In this document: positions 35,100 to 48,414 of the stretch, one piece after another
How positions within the stretch are numbered: position 1 is the stretch's first letter
Layout of the letters: each line of letters begins with the position of its first letter
Source of the DNA: Trypanosoma brucei
Lineage: Eukaryota
DNA: 64,000 nt
Assembly: GCA_000002445.1 (NCBI GenBank)
Contig: CM000207.1
Coordinates: 2,912,001 to 2,976,000 of the forward strand
Direction: 5' to 3'
Notes under the pieces: model-generated
What the model was told of the DNA's origin: nothing
Databases searched by the model: none
Seen by the model: only the letters and a program-made list of their open reading frames with translations
Translations under genes and position numbers: made by a program

Positions 35100-36700
35100 T
35101 AGTCAGAAAATTATTTTTCTCCCTTGTCTGTTTCAGGTTTTGAAAAGCATTTCGGGTCTTTTTTCTTATCAAAATCGCAACCAGTTTCCTTTTTGCATGA
35201 TTTCTCCTTTATGTGCCTTTTGCGTTCGCTTGTTGATTTGGGTGACTCTTCTGTTTTGTCTTCTTTGGGAAATGAGGGGCCTTCTTGGCCGTTCTTTTTT
35301 TTTTCTTGTTCTGCGATGTAAACAGTGACGGTGTAATAGATTTGTGCATCCGCGAGCTCTTTGGGGTCATTTATCGTTTCAAGTTTCTTGTCTCCGCTGC
35401 TTAAAACAATCTCTTTTGGTGGTGTTAGTTCCTTGAGGTATTTTTCTATTGTGTTCTTCACATTGTGTACCTTCTCACCGATCAATTCTTTTAGGAATGC
35501 GCCGACTTTACTCTTGGTTTATGTCTTGCTGTAGGATGCTTCTGCTCCGTCTAGTTCCTTGGCGAGAACATCTTTTAACTTTTGGCTTTGCGCCAGCACT
35601 GCTAAGTTGGCGGTTAGTGTTATCCTTCTCAGTTGCTTGTTGGAATTTTAAAGCTTTTTTATCAACTTAAGGTTTTCATTTATTGTATTACTTCTTGGTA
35701 CTGTCTGCTTACTGTCGGCGTCGTTGTATTCTGTCGTTGTTCCGGACGTTATCATGTTGATTGTTACCTGTTTTGTCGTGAAGAGCTTGACCACCTTTTA
35801 TGCCTATTTCAGTAGCTACGCTTTTTGTGCAGCTGGAAGAGGTTACTGTCGTGCCGCCTCATTTGCTTCCCCCGCATACCGTTAGTGGCGCGCCTGCTGC
35901 TGCAACTGGGGTTTCTGGATGCGTTGTTACGATATTCCATGTTAGATCCGTTCCCGGTGGCTCCTCCCCCTCGTTGAGCCCCGTCCGGGTGTTCGGTGGT
36001 GACAGGCAAGTTCAGTGCTGCGGGTCGCTTAGCGTTACATCTATTTTTAGGTGACTTCCTGTTATCGGTGTGTTTGCTGTTCTTACATTTTTATCTGCTA
36101 CCGTGAAGTGGTTGAGGCTTTCGAATGTTTCTTGCGTTACAGCCAGTCGCGACACCGCAGCTATCCCCTGTAAGATATCAGTGATTTGGTTCGCTATTTC
36201 TTGCGCCGCCGTCTGGACGTCAGTCAGCATCTTTTGCGCTACCAGCTGTGCTGCCATTGTGAGTAGCTGTCGGAGCGACCCAGATAGTAAAAATAGCTTG
36301 TTTGTCGGTGCTGTTGCCGCTTTTAATTCGCTCAGTTTGATCGAAATTGTGTTCTTTGCATTGTCAGCGATTTTATGCAAGTACGTTGCCGTATCGTATG
36401 AAGTGTTGAGCCCGGTCTCATGGTTGTGAAGGCCAGTCCCTTTAGTTATTGGCGTCGCTTTCAGCACAGCTGTTACAAATAATGCCGCATGCAGCGTTGT
36501 CATCTGCTGAGGAGAATAAGCCTGACGTTTCTTTGCTAGATTTTGCGCTTTGTTGATATGATACGAAAGAAATGCAATTTTTTTACACAGTTCAACTTGG
36601 TCACTATGAACCGCTGTTTTTTGTCGCTGAATATAATATGCTACAAATTTGTAATTTAACGTCACGATTTGAGGTAAAAAAGCAGTCAGTTGAACCACAA
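35100..36700 (-). pseudogene. VSG-like pseudogene (atypical N-domain ORF 36012-36698; Cys-rich C-terminal piece 35111-35485)
   Basis: The C-terminal piece (...KSCKKETGCDFDKKKDPKCF...) and its position between reversed 70-bp units suggest a VSG cassette. The N-domain is Cys-poor and lacks a signal peptide, so the assignment is tentative (possibly VSG-related or fused). Confidence 0.4.
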
Positions 36701-37741
36701 TTTTTTCATTTTCAATAACAATCTATCTTGGTGTATATCTATGTCTCAAAACTTTGAAATTTATGGCTATCACTTTTCTTTGCCATTTTCTAATGTTCAG
36801 CTTTCGCTTTGACTAGGAATAAAAATATAACTTTGCGTTTTGTCGCGTACATGATTTTCCATTGCTCCTTGTTTTTTCAAGGTATTGTTTGTTTGTAGCG
36901 CATTTAGTAACGCCAGGCAATTTAGGTCACGAAAGTGTCTTCTTTTATGTTTTGACTTAAGTACTAAGGGGCAATTGCTGCACCTCAATAACCACTTTTA
37001 CATTGATGATCCGTTTATTGGAAGGTCTTTACGTCATACTAATATACCAAACGGAATTAAAGAAATGTTTCTTCTAATTTTTTCTCCTTCACGTAAAGCT
37101 TTTTTTCTTGTTAGATTTAAAACTTTCCTGTGGTTTATTACTTTTTATGTTCACAGTCATGCACTAGCAGTCCTAGTATTAAAATTCTTCTTCCAATAAT
37201 ATTATATTGATTCCCACAAATTTTCGATTATTATTACATCCAATAAGAAAAAGACATCAATAATATCTGACACTTACCCACTCGCTTTCTCCTTATGTTC
37301 TTTATTTACTGTTAAATATGAGGATAGTCCATCACACTAAAAACTACAGTTGCCGACATCGTCTCATTAGTGACATAAATACATTTGTGTGAAATAAAGG
37401 ACATTATTTCCTCTTGAATCGTTTATTTCTGTGTTTTTACAACCCATTTTGTTATTTTGTTTTGTACTTTCTTTTCTTATTGTCCTCTCTCACTATTGCT
37501 GCGTGTAACGTAGTTACTCTTGGTATGTACACTAAAGTTATTTTCTCAATCATTATCACCTCATTAACCTCCTTGTGCATAATTATGCCCGTCATAGTGT
37601 TTGTGCTTTAAAACTGCGCATATTCCACCTCTTTTATCCTATATTTCACTCCGCCACTGTCACACTCACTCACTTACTCCCATTACATTATTACCATTTT
37701 AAATTACTTCTATTTGTGCTTTGACTTTAGTCTTCACTCCG

Positions 37742-37805
37742 ACACTCATTATAATATTAGTATATACATATTCACAACACTATTCCATCATTATTATTAT
37801 TATTA
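37742..37805 (-). repeat. Single 70-bp repeat unit, reverse orientation
   Basis: CATTATAATATTAGTATATACATATTCACAACACTATTCCATCATTATTATTATTATT. Confidence 0.65.
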
Positions 37806-37943
37806 TTTATAAAATATCAAACAAAATTGGAATAGCACTCATTTTTGTACCTTTTAACCCTATTACTTTGCACCCATATTCTACTTTCATACCAAATTTT
37901 TATTTTTTTATTTTTTTAAAAATTCACCGATCTTCATCAATGA

Positions 37944-37959
37944 GTGTTAAAATATATCA
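37944..37959 (-). promoter_or_regulatory. VSG 3'UTR 16-mer (exact reverse complement GTGTTAAAATATATCA)
   Basis: Exact match about 100 nt downstream (on the minus strand) of the VSG pseudogene ending at 38063. Confidence 0.75.
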
Positions 37960-38062
37960 ATTTTACCAAATTCTTTTAAAATAACAAAGTTTCATAAATT
38001 TCATTTAATTTAACAAAAATCCTTAGAATGTTTAAATGCTACCAAGCTCATAAAAGCAACGG

Positions 38063-39585
38063 TCATCGAAAAAATTTCTTATTTACAAGAAAACTGGAAT
38101 CTTTGAAAGCATCACATTCCCACTTGTGATTTCCAGTGCAATCTTCCTTCTTTTTTATTATCGGAGCATTTCTTTTCTTTCTTCCCATCTTCTTTGCTCC
38201 CTCTGCCTGTGGTGGCTTGTAATCCGGATCCTTTACGCATTTTTTATTGTCGCCTTCACCCTCCACTTTGCATCCTTCTTTGCAGTTATCTCCTGTCCAT
38301 TTCTTTGAGCATGTTTCGTCTGTTTCTTTTTGTTTTTCTTTTGGCATTTGTTTCCGTATTTTTGCTTCCTCAATTAGTTTGGTGGTCTCTTGGCGGCGTT
38401 TCTGTTGGTAGCGAGCTAGTGCTTCTTCTAGCTATGTTTTAGTGTTAAGCTCTTTTAGTGTTTTAGTTTTTATTTCATTGGCGTCGGCTTTCTGGACTGA
38501 GTACTCTTTTAGTTTGTTCCATATATTGGTGTTGAATTCTGCTTGGTTGTCTCCTACGAGTTTTTTCCTAAGTTCTTCTTTGGTAGTGCCGGCGGGTAGT
38601 GTGGTTATTTGTGCCTGTGCTAGGTGAGCTGCCTCTACTGCTTGCTGTAGTTCGCTGTCGGTTTTCCAGTCGTCAAAGCTGGTTTCCGATAATTGTTTTG
38701 CAGGTGTCTGCTCTTGCGCTGCAAGTTCGGCATTGTGTTTTGCTGCGATTACTACGATCGATGGTGTCGCTCCTGCGTCGGCTGCCTTCGCTTGGTGCAC
38801 GCTCGTCATTGTTGGGCTGCCCGTTGAGACCTTGAACAACCCCCCTGCCCATGAGATGCCGGATCCGGCTGTCGCCTCGCCAGCCGTGTAGCCTTTGTCC
38901 TGTCCGTGCTGGTTAGTTGGCAGCTTTGGGCGTTCGTGTTCTGTGCAGTGTGCACAGCGCCGCTTTCATCGCTGTTTGCGTAGTAAAATTCTGGCTCGAG
39001 TTGTGTTTGTGCTGTCTCAAAATTTACTTCTTCTGAGCACTCTGGCATTAAGGTGTTTATGTCGCCGCCGCCCGAATCCCCGCCGCTTAAGTGTAAGCAA
39101 AAACGGTTGGACGGGTTGCTGCCTTTTGCCGCCGCAAAAACGTCTATTGTTTGTTTGATGTGTCCCGCTGCATACATGGAAGCTGCTGCTGCTGGTATTG
39201 CTTTTTGTGTCATGGCGGTCAGTTTATTGACATAAGAGTTGATTTTGTTGCCGACAAACGTTACAAGGACATCGATTGCTGGCTGGTCTTCCATAGGTGC
39301 GGCGCAGGCGGCGGTTTGGAGCCGTGCGTGGAGCAGTTGGAGGTTGTTGATTTTTTGCTCCCACTGCTTGACTGCTCCTATTGCGCCCTTTGTGGTTTTT
39401 ATGTAGTTTTGACTTAGTTTGCACAACCGTATCGCTGCCGCTTTTGACATAGCGTTACCTGCTGTTCCCTCCGTTTTTGTTATGACCAGCAGGGCGGCAA
39501 TGACCGCTGAGATAAGTGTAGTGCAGCGAACAGAAATTGTTGGCGGCGTCGGCTTTGTTGTATCATTGATTCTTCGTTGTTGCAT
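38063..39585 (-). pseudogene. VSG: VSG pseudogene (signal peptide plus N-domain 38806-39585; middle 38432-38839; C-terminal domain 38063-38347 ending ...CDAFKDSSFLVNKKFFR*)
   Basis: Three ORF pieces in different frames. The tail is truncated after FLVNKKF, so there is no complete GPI signal. Confidence 0.7.
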
Positions 39586-40974
39586 ATCTGCTATAGTCTA
39601 TTCCAATATTGCTTCGGTTCTTAAAGCGAAAACAGTGTGAATTTTGAAGTTACGTTGTGATTGTAGATTATTTGAAAGGGAAGCTCATTTCGTTGAAAGT
39701 CAGTCCGAGGCCGCTTCATGTAGTTTGTCTTACGTCTTTTTTTTTGTTTATAAGGTTGTGACGGTCTAACCTTATACTGTAACACATTTTAGACTTAATT
39801 CTTTTGTGGACTGGATTGAGTTTTTCATTTCTGCATTAAAGGTGTCTGTGTTGCACTCGTTGGATTTCTTTGCCTAGAATGTTGGGTTGTGTCGAGTAAT
39901 CATATGAACTAAAGGAATCGTTGTCTGAATATCTCCACTGGGAATGTTGGTTCAAGTTTCTAGTTGTGTATTTGCATTGTATGATAAACAGTGTTCGCCG
40001 CAAGCTCAGTTACAAGTCTTAATCATTGCTGCGCTAAGCATCGCTTTGTGGCTAATTTATTTTGGTTGTCAGTTGTTGGGTTTTATCCTTTTTTTGCATC
40101 TGCGTCGTTTTATAAGATCTTTCCTTACCCCGATCGGCATCCTCTATGTAAGTTTCACTCAATAAGCAGAGTTTGTTTTAACTTCTTTCTTATGTCGTTC
40201 TGTTTTATGTTGCAGCCTTGATTTGGATGCTTCTATTTTCGTATGTTTTTTAAACTTTAAGCTGCAATCTAAACCCAGTTTTTTCCTTCACCCTATAACG
40301 CCAATATCGGATATACCTAGACTTAACGGTATAGAAAGGCATAAGGAAGATGAAATTCTACTTATAAACTGTCGATGCTTATGCACCCTCCCTGTTGAGA
40401 TAAATTTAGCTACACCCTTGTACACCATGGTATTTCTAATATGCTATATCTTCCTTTCAGGAGTCTTTTTCAAGCCTGCTGTTGACATCATTATAGACAA
40501 CAGCGAAATTCTTGTTTATGTCAAATAACTTTGCCGATTTTCCTGAGTATATGTACTTCTAAGGCTTAATGTTTCTACACTTTTCTGTGATTCTGTAACA
40601 CTTTTTTGCTGCTGTTTGTTTTTCTATCCTTGAACGTATTTCAGTGCTTTACTCTTTTGACAAAGATAAAGCACATGGTCCTGTTAATTTACACCAAATA
40701 AACCAATAGACTCATTCTTTTCTATCCTTTCTCTAATCTGTTTATGATAAAAAGCTTTAGATTCATACACTTAGATGTCATATCAGAGCCGAATATCTTC
40801 CAAGTTAGCACTTCTGTGAGTACCAGTATTGCACCTAACGTTGCAGCTGGTTTGCCCCAAAGTCTTCGAAAGCGCAGACGACGTGAAGTTAGTTGCATTA
40901 CCCACTCATTATTGCTTTAACTACTTCTATTTTCGCCATAAATTTAATTTCCACATCTTATTTCACAGTATTAT

Positions 40975-41050
40975 TAGTACATACCAAGTTACAACAATTT
41001 TCTATCATTATCAATAATGTTATTCTTACTATTATAGACTTATATTACCA
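40975..41050 (-). repeat. Degenerate 70-bp repeat remnant, reverse orientation
   Basis: TTCTATCATTATCAATAATGTTATTCTTACTATTATAGAC. Weak match, placed where a VSG-upstream repeat would be expected. Confidence 0.35.
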
Positions 41051-41339
41051 CTAATATCCATAAATTTAACTAAATTAGCAGGATAATTAGAATAGCACTC
41101 ATCTTTCATACTCTATTACTATACTATTATACACTCATATGTCACTATCATGCGCACTTTACTAAAATTTCAGATTCGCACAATTAGCAATGTTTTTAAA
41201 ACAGTGCTCAAATATGTCAAATTTTAGGAAAATTTTTTGAAATATTAAATTTTCATAAATATCGTAAATTTCAACCAAGTCCTTGTTATGCTGAAATGCT
41301 ACTAAACTCAAAAAAGAAGCAGCCATCAGAGCTAATTTG

Positions 41340-42900
41340 CTGATTTACAAGAAAAATGGAGTCACGACATTCGACTTTGTCCTTTTCATCCTCGTTATAT
41401 TTCCCACTTCTTCATCCACAATGCTTTTTGCCATCCTTGTTGACGGCCTCGCACGCCTCCTTGGTTGTATGGCTAGAGCAATTTACTCCTGTTGTTTTCT
41501 CCACAGTTTTGTCGGCAGGTACATCTCCCGCGTTTGTTTTTGCTTGTGTATCTGTGGCTTGTTTGTTTTCGCCCTGGTCCTTGGCACTTTGCTGGTTGAT
41601 CTGCGCTGCTAGATAAGAGGTTATCTTTCCTATAGATTTTCCCTGAACAATATCCACTAGTGTGCCGGTAACAACGTTGTCCCCTACAGTGATCTTGCGT
41701 ATTTTTGTCTGGGCGTCCGCTACAAAGTTCTTCTGGAACCCTTCTTCACTATCTGAAAATGCCTCTTCTACTGCCTTTTTTTTTGGCTGCTGCTTCTGTT
41801 GGCATTTTTTGGGGGTCTTTCCCGAGTGCGATGTGCGCTAACCCGGCGGCTGTTTCATCCGTTGCAAGCGTTTTGATGGTTTCAGCAGCAACTGAGTTCG
41901 GCACAGTGACGGTGTGCTTTAGGGCATGGCAGGTTACGTGAAGGAGATATTCTTTGGTCGTCGTTGCCCAGGGTGTGTTGAGCTTTTGTTCCTTACATTT
42001 GGTTTGCGCCGTGGGATCGTCGAACATTTGCTGCTCCACGAGTCTTATGCTTGTTGCTTGCGGTGTTGCTTCCGCCCCCAGCACTTTGCTGCCTGTTTTT
42101 GGACCGCTTGTTTGAACACACCAGCCCGAGCTGCTGCTTGGCCAGTCGATGGTCCCCATTGTGCCCTTTGCTCGAGCGACTAATGAGATTTTTTGAGCTT
42201 CGAAAATGTCGTTTGGCGCCAGTTTGAGCTTTGCTATTTTATTCAGTTCGATGTTGTTTTCTTTAACTTGTGTGTTGGCGTCGCTTTCAATTGAACAATT
42301 GTCTGCTTCCGTCAGCGTTGGTATGTGGACTACCGTGCAGCTTGTGGAGCTTGCCGACGGGTTGCTGTCGGCCCCGTTGTGGGTCGCCTGCGCTGCGGTT
42401 TGTATTGTCTTCATGTGTTTTTTCCTGGCCGCTAGTGCCATGGCGGCTCTTGCCCTTAGTGCTTTCACTGCTGGCCCTATGACTTTTTCTGCTGCTGCAA
42501 TTGACGACCTGGCTTGGTTTGCCCTGGCCTCTGCGTTTGTTGCCAGGACAGTATGGCCAGCAGCAGCCGGCTTACTGACTTTCATCTGTGCTAACAAGCG
42601 GTGTGCTTGTGCTAACTTTCCCTCTGTTTCGGTGAAAGCGGCGGCGGCTTTCGTCTTAGTTTTCAGCCGATTTGACAGAGCCACAAGATATCGTATTTCG
42701 TCACAGAGTGTTGTCGCTGCAGTTGCTGCTGTGTCTAAACCAGTGGCCTCCGTTACCCTGGTTGTCACGTGCTACAGCATTGCTAGAAGCACCGTGGTCT
42801 TCCAAGCCGTGTATGTCGCGCGCATGTCTACTAGTAATGGTTTGCAGTTCTGATAAGGTTGTTTTGTGCGTTTCGCAAGCTGCTTTGGCAGCGTTTTAGT
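41340..42900 (-). pseudogene. VSG: VSG pseudogene (N-domain 41749-42768 lacks a signal peptide in frame; C-terminal piece 41412-41657; mutated GPI tail)
   Basis: A-type N-domain features (..LCDEIRYLVAL.., ..VTCHALKH..), C-domain ...GVNCSSHTTKEACEAVNKDGKKHCG, and a tail remnant ..DSIFLVNQQISSDGCFFFEF... Confidence 0.65.
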
Positions 42901-43739
42901 GTTTTGCCTGCGTTTTTTTTTACCTTTTTACAAAGGTTTAAGCTCACGTTGGAGACTACACTTGCTTATTGGTGCCTCTAATTTAGTGTCAGCGGTTTAT
43001 CGGTCTGTGTTTGCTGTCGTTGAAATAAATAAATATGCAAAAAAGTTATAAAAACACCAACGTGTGCCGATAAAAACGTATTAAATGCGTGAAAGCTTGC
43101 GATTTCAGCTGTAGCTCTTGCTTGGTATTTTTCTCCGACGCCGACTCAACACATTTGGTTTGGATGTTAGCATTTACTCGTTCTGAAAAACGAAGGTATA
43201 TGGACCTCGGTCTGCATAGCACTTTCTGCCCTCCGCCTTCAATAGCCTGCCGTTTCGCTACTTCAAACAACCCACACATCTGCCCTATAAAATGGCGCCC
43301 CCTGTCCTCAAAGTTTCTCATTAGGCTGGGACACCATAATAAAAATCACAATCACAACATCATCTCCTACATTGCATATTTCCATTTTTTTTTTGAAATA
43401 CGGCCCCAAAATCTCCCCCTGCTGCATAATTTTTGACTTCTCTGTATTGTCGCATACTACCTTCTTTCATTTCGTGTTTTACTTACCTTCCCTATTTTTC
43501 ATACCGCCACTTCTTCGAATAAATTAGAGCCTCCATTTGTCCTGTGCAGGTGAGTCTCTGGTCGAATTTCCCCTTCATCAACTCCTCGCGTATAATGATT
43601 CCCAACCTTATGTCTCTGTTTTAAACTGCGCATACTACAACTCCATCTCTTTCTTCACAATTACTTTCATTGTACCCTTCCCATTGTTTTAACTACTAAA
43701 CGTTACACCGTCTATTCTTTTATAACCACCACTTTTATT

Positions 43740-44360
<621 letters not shown>

Positions 44361-44698
44361 CTATAATCATCATAACTGTTATTTTTACCGTTATAACTAC
44401 TATTACTATAAAACCATTAATCAAAATTGCTTAAATAAACAAAAATACTTAGAATATCATTTACTTTTTATATCCTATCACCATACCACTGTGCACCCAG
44501 AGGCCACTATCATACATATATTTCAAAAATTTTAGACAGATAAATTTCATAAAATTGAGAGAAAATTCTTAAAATCCTTAAAATATAAAACCCACTAAAG
44601 CAGCAGCGATCAAAGTAAATTTCTTATTGACAGTAAAACTATAATCCTTTCAAGCATTATTTTCCCATTTGCAGTTTCTAGTGCAATCTTTCTGTTGC

Positions 44699-46150
44699 TT
44701 ATCTTTGCATTCTGAAGTTTTTTTTGGTTCCTCCTGTTCTTGCTTGGGTGTCTTGTTGTTCTGCTGCTGCCTCATTCAATTTGCAGTGTTTTCCGTCTTT
44801 TTCATCAGAACCTGTCCATTTGCAAATCGGACTCTTTTTTCTGCATTCAGCTGATTTCGTTATTTCCTCGCATTGGTCGGCACTTTGAGGCAATGCTCTT
44901 CTATCGGCCAGACTTGCTGCTTGTTTTGGGGCTGCCGCTGCCATCAATGCTATTGTGGTCATTGTTTTGTTTAATTGCTGGATGTTTTCCGCTAGCCGGA
45001 ATGCTTTCTTGGCTGCCCCCCGGGCTTTTTCTATGGCGTCGGCAGCGCCAAGCATTTTCTGTGCCCACCCGATTGCTAGATTGTCGCCGCTTTGTGGCCC
45101 GTAATAAACGCAGCACCCACCGTTGCTGGCGTCTATGTCGTCGCAGCCGTCATTGCCGTTGCCTATTGCTGCGCCCAGCATGTAAGTCTTTGCTTTGTTG
45201 GTTCCAGACCCAGTCGATGCTGCTTGTAGGACCGCACTGACGGTTGCTCTTAGCGCCGCTGCCGTCACTAGCTTAGCTTTGCTGTGCTTCTTGCATGCAT
45301 CGTACAACTCCTTCCATTGGGCTGGACCGTTTGCCATGTTTGCCCAGGTTGTGTCGCTGGCCGAAATTGAAACGGTACCGCACACTGCTGCCTGGTCCTG
45401 TTGTGTGTCTTTGCTACAGATGCATAGGAAATCCGCTGCGATCGATTCCCCTGCGATTTTTCCCTTTTTGCCTCCGCTTCCAGCATTGCCGCATGCGTCT
45501 ACTCGGCTTTCTACCGTTGTCGCCGTCACTTTCGTTTGTTTGTCAGCAACCGGGCCCACCGCTTGTTTGAGCAACGTCTGCGCTGTGTCAGCTTTGGCTT
45601 TTAGTAGTTCCGCCCTGAGCTCCGTCGCCAACTGCAGTACGGCTTGGGCTTGTTCTTCCAGCGCTTGCCTTGCCGTGTCAGAGAAGTCCGCACCTTTTAT
45701 TAGCTGATAGGCCTTGTCCGTCTTTGCTGTTTTGTGCCTATTAGCTGCCTTGACGCAGTTGGAGGCTGCCACCTCAACGCATTCCTTGCCTGCTGTTGAA
45801 CTTGGTTTGCTGATTGCTTCCTCAGCACTGTTCTTTGCCGCTAGTTCGGCTAGAGCTTCTGGGCTGAGTAGCGTTATGTTGATTAGCGCCGCTGCTTCCT
45901 CGGCGTCTGTTGGTTCGGCTGGTATCTCTGGCGCTGCTACCTGGGCTGAAGCGACATCGAGAGCGTTGCAAAGCAGTGCAAAGTCGCTAGCATGTGTTCC
46001 GGCTGCAGGGCCGGCCGCTCCTGCTGGTCCTGCTGCTACCGCAGCCATAAGCAACCCTGTGATAACGAATAAAGTTTGCTCTGAGCGAGTCGTGGATGCT
46101 TTTCTTCTTGCTGCTTGTTCCTGGGCAGTTGTGCTGGACTTCTGTCGCAT
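44699..46150 (-). CDS. VSG: VSG (483-aa ORF, N-terminal and most of the C-terminal domain open). A frameshift and a TGA (rc at about 44650-44652) separate the 3' end from the GPI tail KDYSFTVNKKFTLIAAALVGFIF* (about 44585-44640). Likely a pseudogene as it stands
   Basis: A-type N-domain (..FALLCNAL.., ..CICSKDTQQDQAAVCG..), C-domain ..CKWTGSDEKDGKHCK... In the +1 frame the 3' end reads ..CTRNCKWENNA*KDYSF..., with the stop where the consensus Cys codon sits. Confidence 0.7.
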   Translation of the reverse strand: MRQKSSTTAQEQAARRKASTTRSEQTLFVITGLLMAAVAAGPAGAAGPAAGTHASDFALLCNALDVASAQVAAPEIPAEPTDAEEAAALINITLLSPEALAELAAKNSAEEAISKPSSTAGKECVEVAASNCVKAANRHKTAKTDKAYQLIKGADFSDTARQALEEQAQAVLQLATELRAELLKAKADTAQTLLKQAVGPVADKQTKVTATTVESRVDACGNAGSGGKKGKIAGESIAADFLCICSKDTQQDQAAVCGTVSISASDTTWANMANGPAQWKELYDACKKHSKAKLVTAAALRATVSAVLQAASTGSGTNKAKTYMLGAAIGNGNDGCDDIDASNGGCCVYYGPQSGDNLAIGWAQKMLGAADAIEKARGAAKKAFRLAENIQQLNKTMTTIALMAAAAPKQAASLADRRALPQSADQCEEITKSAECRKKSPICKWTGSDEKDGKHCKLNEAAAEQQDTQARTGGTKKNFRMQR

Positions 46151-47394
46151 GTCTCGTCTTGGTGTCCTATATATAGCCGCTATTTGGAAGCAAAGAGTCG
46201 TCTACCGTTTCGGTTTCTAACAGTTTTTTAACTTTTCTATAAACTCCTTGCCGTACTTGTTATCATGTGAGAGCCCACATTTTTCCCCTTTGATGTTCAG
46301 GGATTAGTTTTTTTTTTTGCGTAGGTGTGCGGAGTTGTACACTGTACTGGTGCAAGTAGCAAAACTTTATTATCAGCTGTATCACTTGCGCTGCTCAAGG
46401 AACTGTCATTAACAATGCTGGAGGTAAATCATACAAATGAAAATTATGCTGATGTTTATGGGGACTAAACTATTAGTAACGTATAGGATGAAAGTAAAGG
46501 TAACAAAAAAACATCTAAGAAACGTTTGTTGGAAAACGTAGAACCTCCAACTCGTTTTGCACCACATGTGCAATGCTAATTACAGTCTATATGGCCATGT
46601 ATCTACACTGATTGCATCTATCCTTCACATCAGCAACTCCGTCCCTGTGAATCCTTAAAATCCGGCGTATGCTGCTACATCTAAAGCATCTATCACTCGT
46701 GCGGTTTAATATGCTCTATGTTCTGATAATCCACAGCCAGCGGTTTGACTCCGAATAACAAAACAATGCTGGTGTTTTGCCCAAACTTCACCGCTGTCCT
46801 TCTTCTTTCGTGTATTCTGACTGACTTTATTTTGACATCCATTAAGGTTGTGTAATTTGGGGTCACAAAGTGCCTTCCTTTACGCTTTCACTTTGTTAAC
46901 ACGCGACGCTAGCTCTCCATCCGTGACCACTTTTACATGGATAACTCGCTTTATAAAAGGTGTTAATGTATATCAAGTATAACAATACAAAATTTACGGA
47001 TTACAACCATTCTTTCTCTTCTCTTCATAGATGTTCTCTGTTAGTTCATATAGCCGATTTATTATTCTTTTTCTGTTTCCCTCTTGAACTTTAGTCAGTA
47101 CTGTCTCCTGTTTTTATCAGTGTAAAATGAATGGCATTTATATTTTATCCCGGCGCCCTTTTGTGTGTTTTGGTGATCAGAGCCTACATATTCATTGGTA
47201 TGATGGTTCTTCTATCTTTGCTAAGTTTTACAATGAGTATATTTAGCCACCTACTCCTTCTATCTTTTTCTGCCCCTTTCAATAACAATATAGTCCTGTT
47301 CAATGTCACAAATACTCACTCATTCGCATTGAACCCCTGCAATGGATTTAGATGCTTACATTTTGGCCGTGTATTTCCTCTTAACCACCATTCT

Positions 47395-47485
47395 TATTAT
47401 TTTATTAGCACATACACACTCACAACACTCTTCTACCATCATCATCATTATTATTATTGTCATCATTATTATCATTAATGTTATT
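47395..47485 (-). repeat. 70-bp repeat unit, reverse orientation
   Basis: TTAGCACATACACACTCACAACACTCTTCTACCATCATCATCATTATTATTATTGTCATCATTATTATCAT. Confidence 0.7.
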
Positions 47486-47717
47486 CTCATAACCCCAACT
47501 AATATGTATAAAATAAACGGTACAAACTTATTTAGAATAGCACTTGTTTTTCATACCATATTAGCCTAAAACCTTACATTCAGGTCAATATTATGCACAC
47601 TTTACTAAAATTTTACATTTTCAAGTGTTTCAAAATTTTCAATGATTTCCATCGAAAAAAATTAAAATATATTAAATATCATATATTTCATAAAATTAAG
47701 CAAAAATCCTAAAAAGT

Positions 47718-48410
47718 TTATGCTAGAAGCAAAAATGCAAGCAACAGAGGCGCCTTGCTAATGACAAAAGAATTGCTTCCTGTGGTGTTTGTAGTTTTAC
47801 CATCATTTTCCGCTTTTACTCCCTCTTTAGCTTTGCACTCCCCATCTTTGAATTGACATCCATCCTTTTTGTTGCATTTATTTTCGTCTTTTTCTCCCTG
47901 GCAGTCCTTTGCCTTTTTGGCTACGCTCTCTGCTCCTGGTCGTGATATTTTTTTTGCTAGTGCGTCTTCCCGCGCGCTCCTCTCTGCTTCCAGTTTTGCG
48001 AGGACGTCTTGTTCTTCTTCCCCTTCTGACAAGGTTTCGATGTTGGACGTCGTCTTTTTTCCCCGACGAAATATCGTGATTGATTTTTCTGCGACCAGCG
48101 GTCTGAATTTCGATGTGAAAGCTTGACTGTTAGCACCGTATTCTTCTTTCAGAAAGCTTACTAGTTCGCTATTTTCTGTCGCTTTTGTTGGCTCTAATAG
48201 GTTGTTAAACATCCCTAGGCATGTCGCACCGCTCTTTGCACTGTTGTATTGAGCGACAACGCTGGGCCGTCTAGTGTCGGTAACTGGACTGTTTTTGGTT
48301 GCGTTTTTAGTGCAGAGCAGATGACTTTTGCAAAAAACTGCCGCGATTGTGTGGCCTCCTGCGCGTCGTTGTTGGCGTTTAGACAGCTTTCTGCTGGGTT
48401 GTTGTTCTCG
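47718..48410 (-). pseudogene. VSG: VSG 3' portion (middle region plus C-terminal domain plus GPI signal ...GSNSFVISKAPLLLAFLLLA*), truncated at its 5' side by the ingi copy 2 5' end
   Basis: ORF 47718-48437 reads from inside the ingi 5' terminus (MRWPASLGL is the reverse complement of the RIME 5' end) into VSG sequence. No VSG N-domain or signal peptide follows, and the ingi starts at about 48415. Confidence 0.65.
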
Positions 48411-48414
48411 TAGA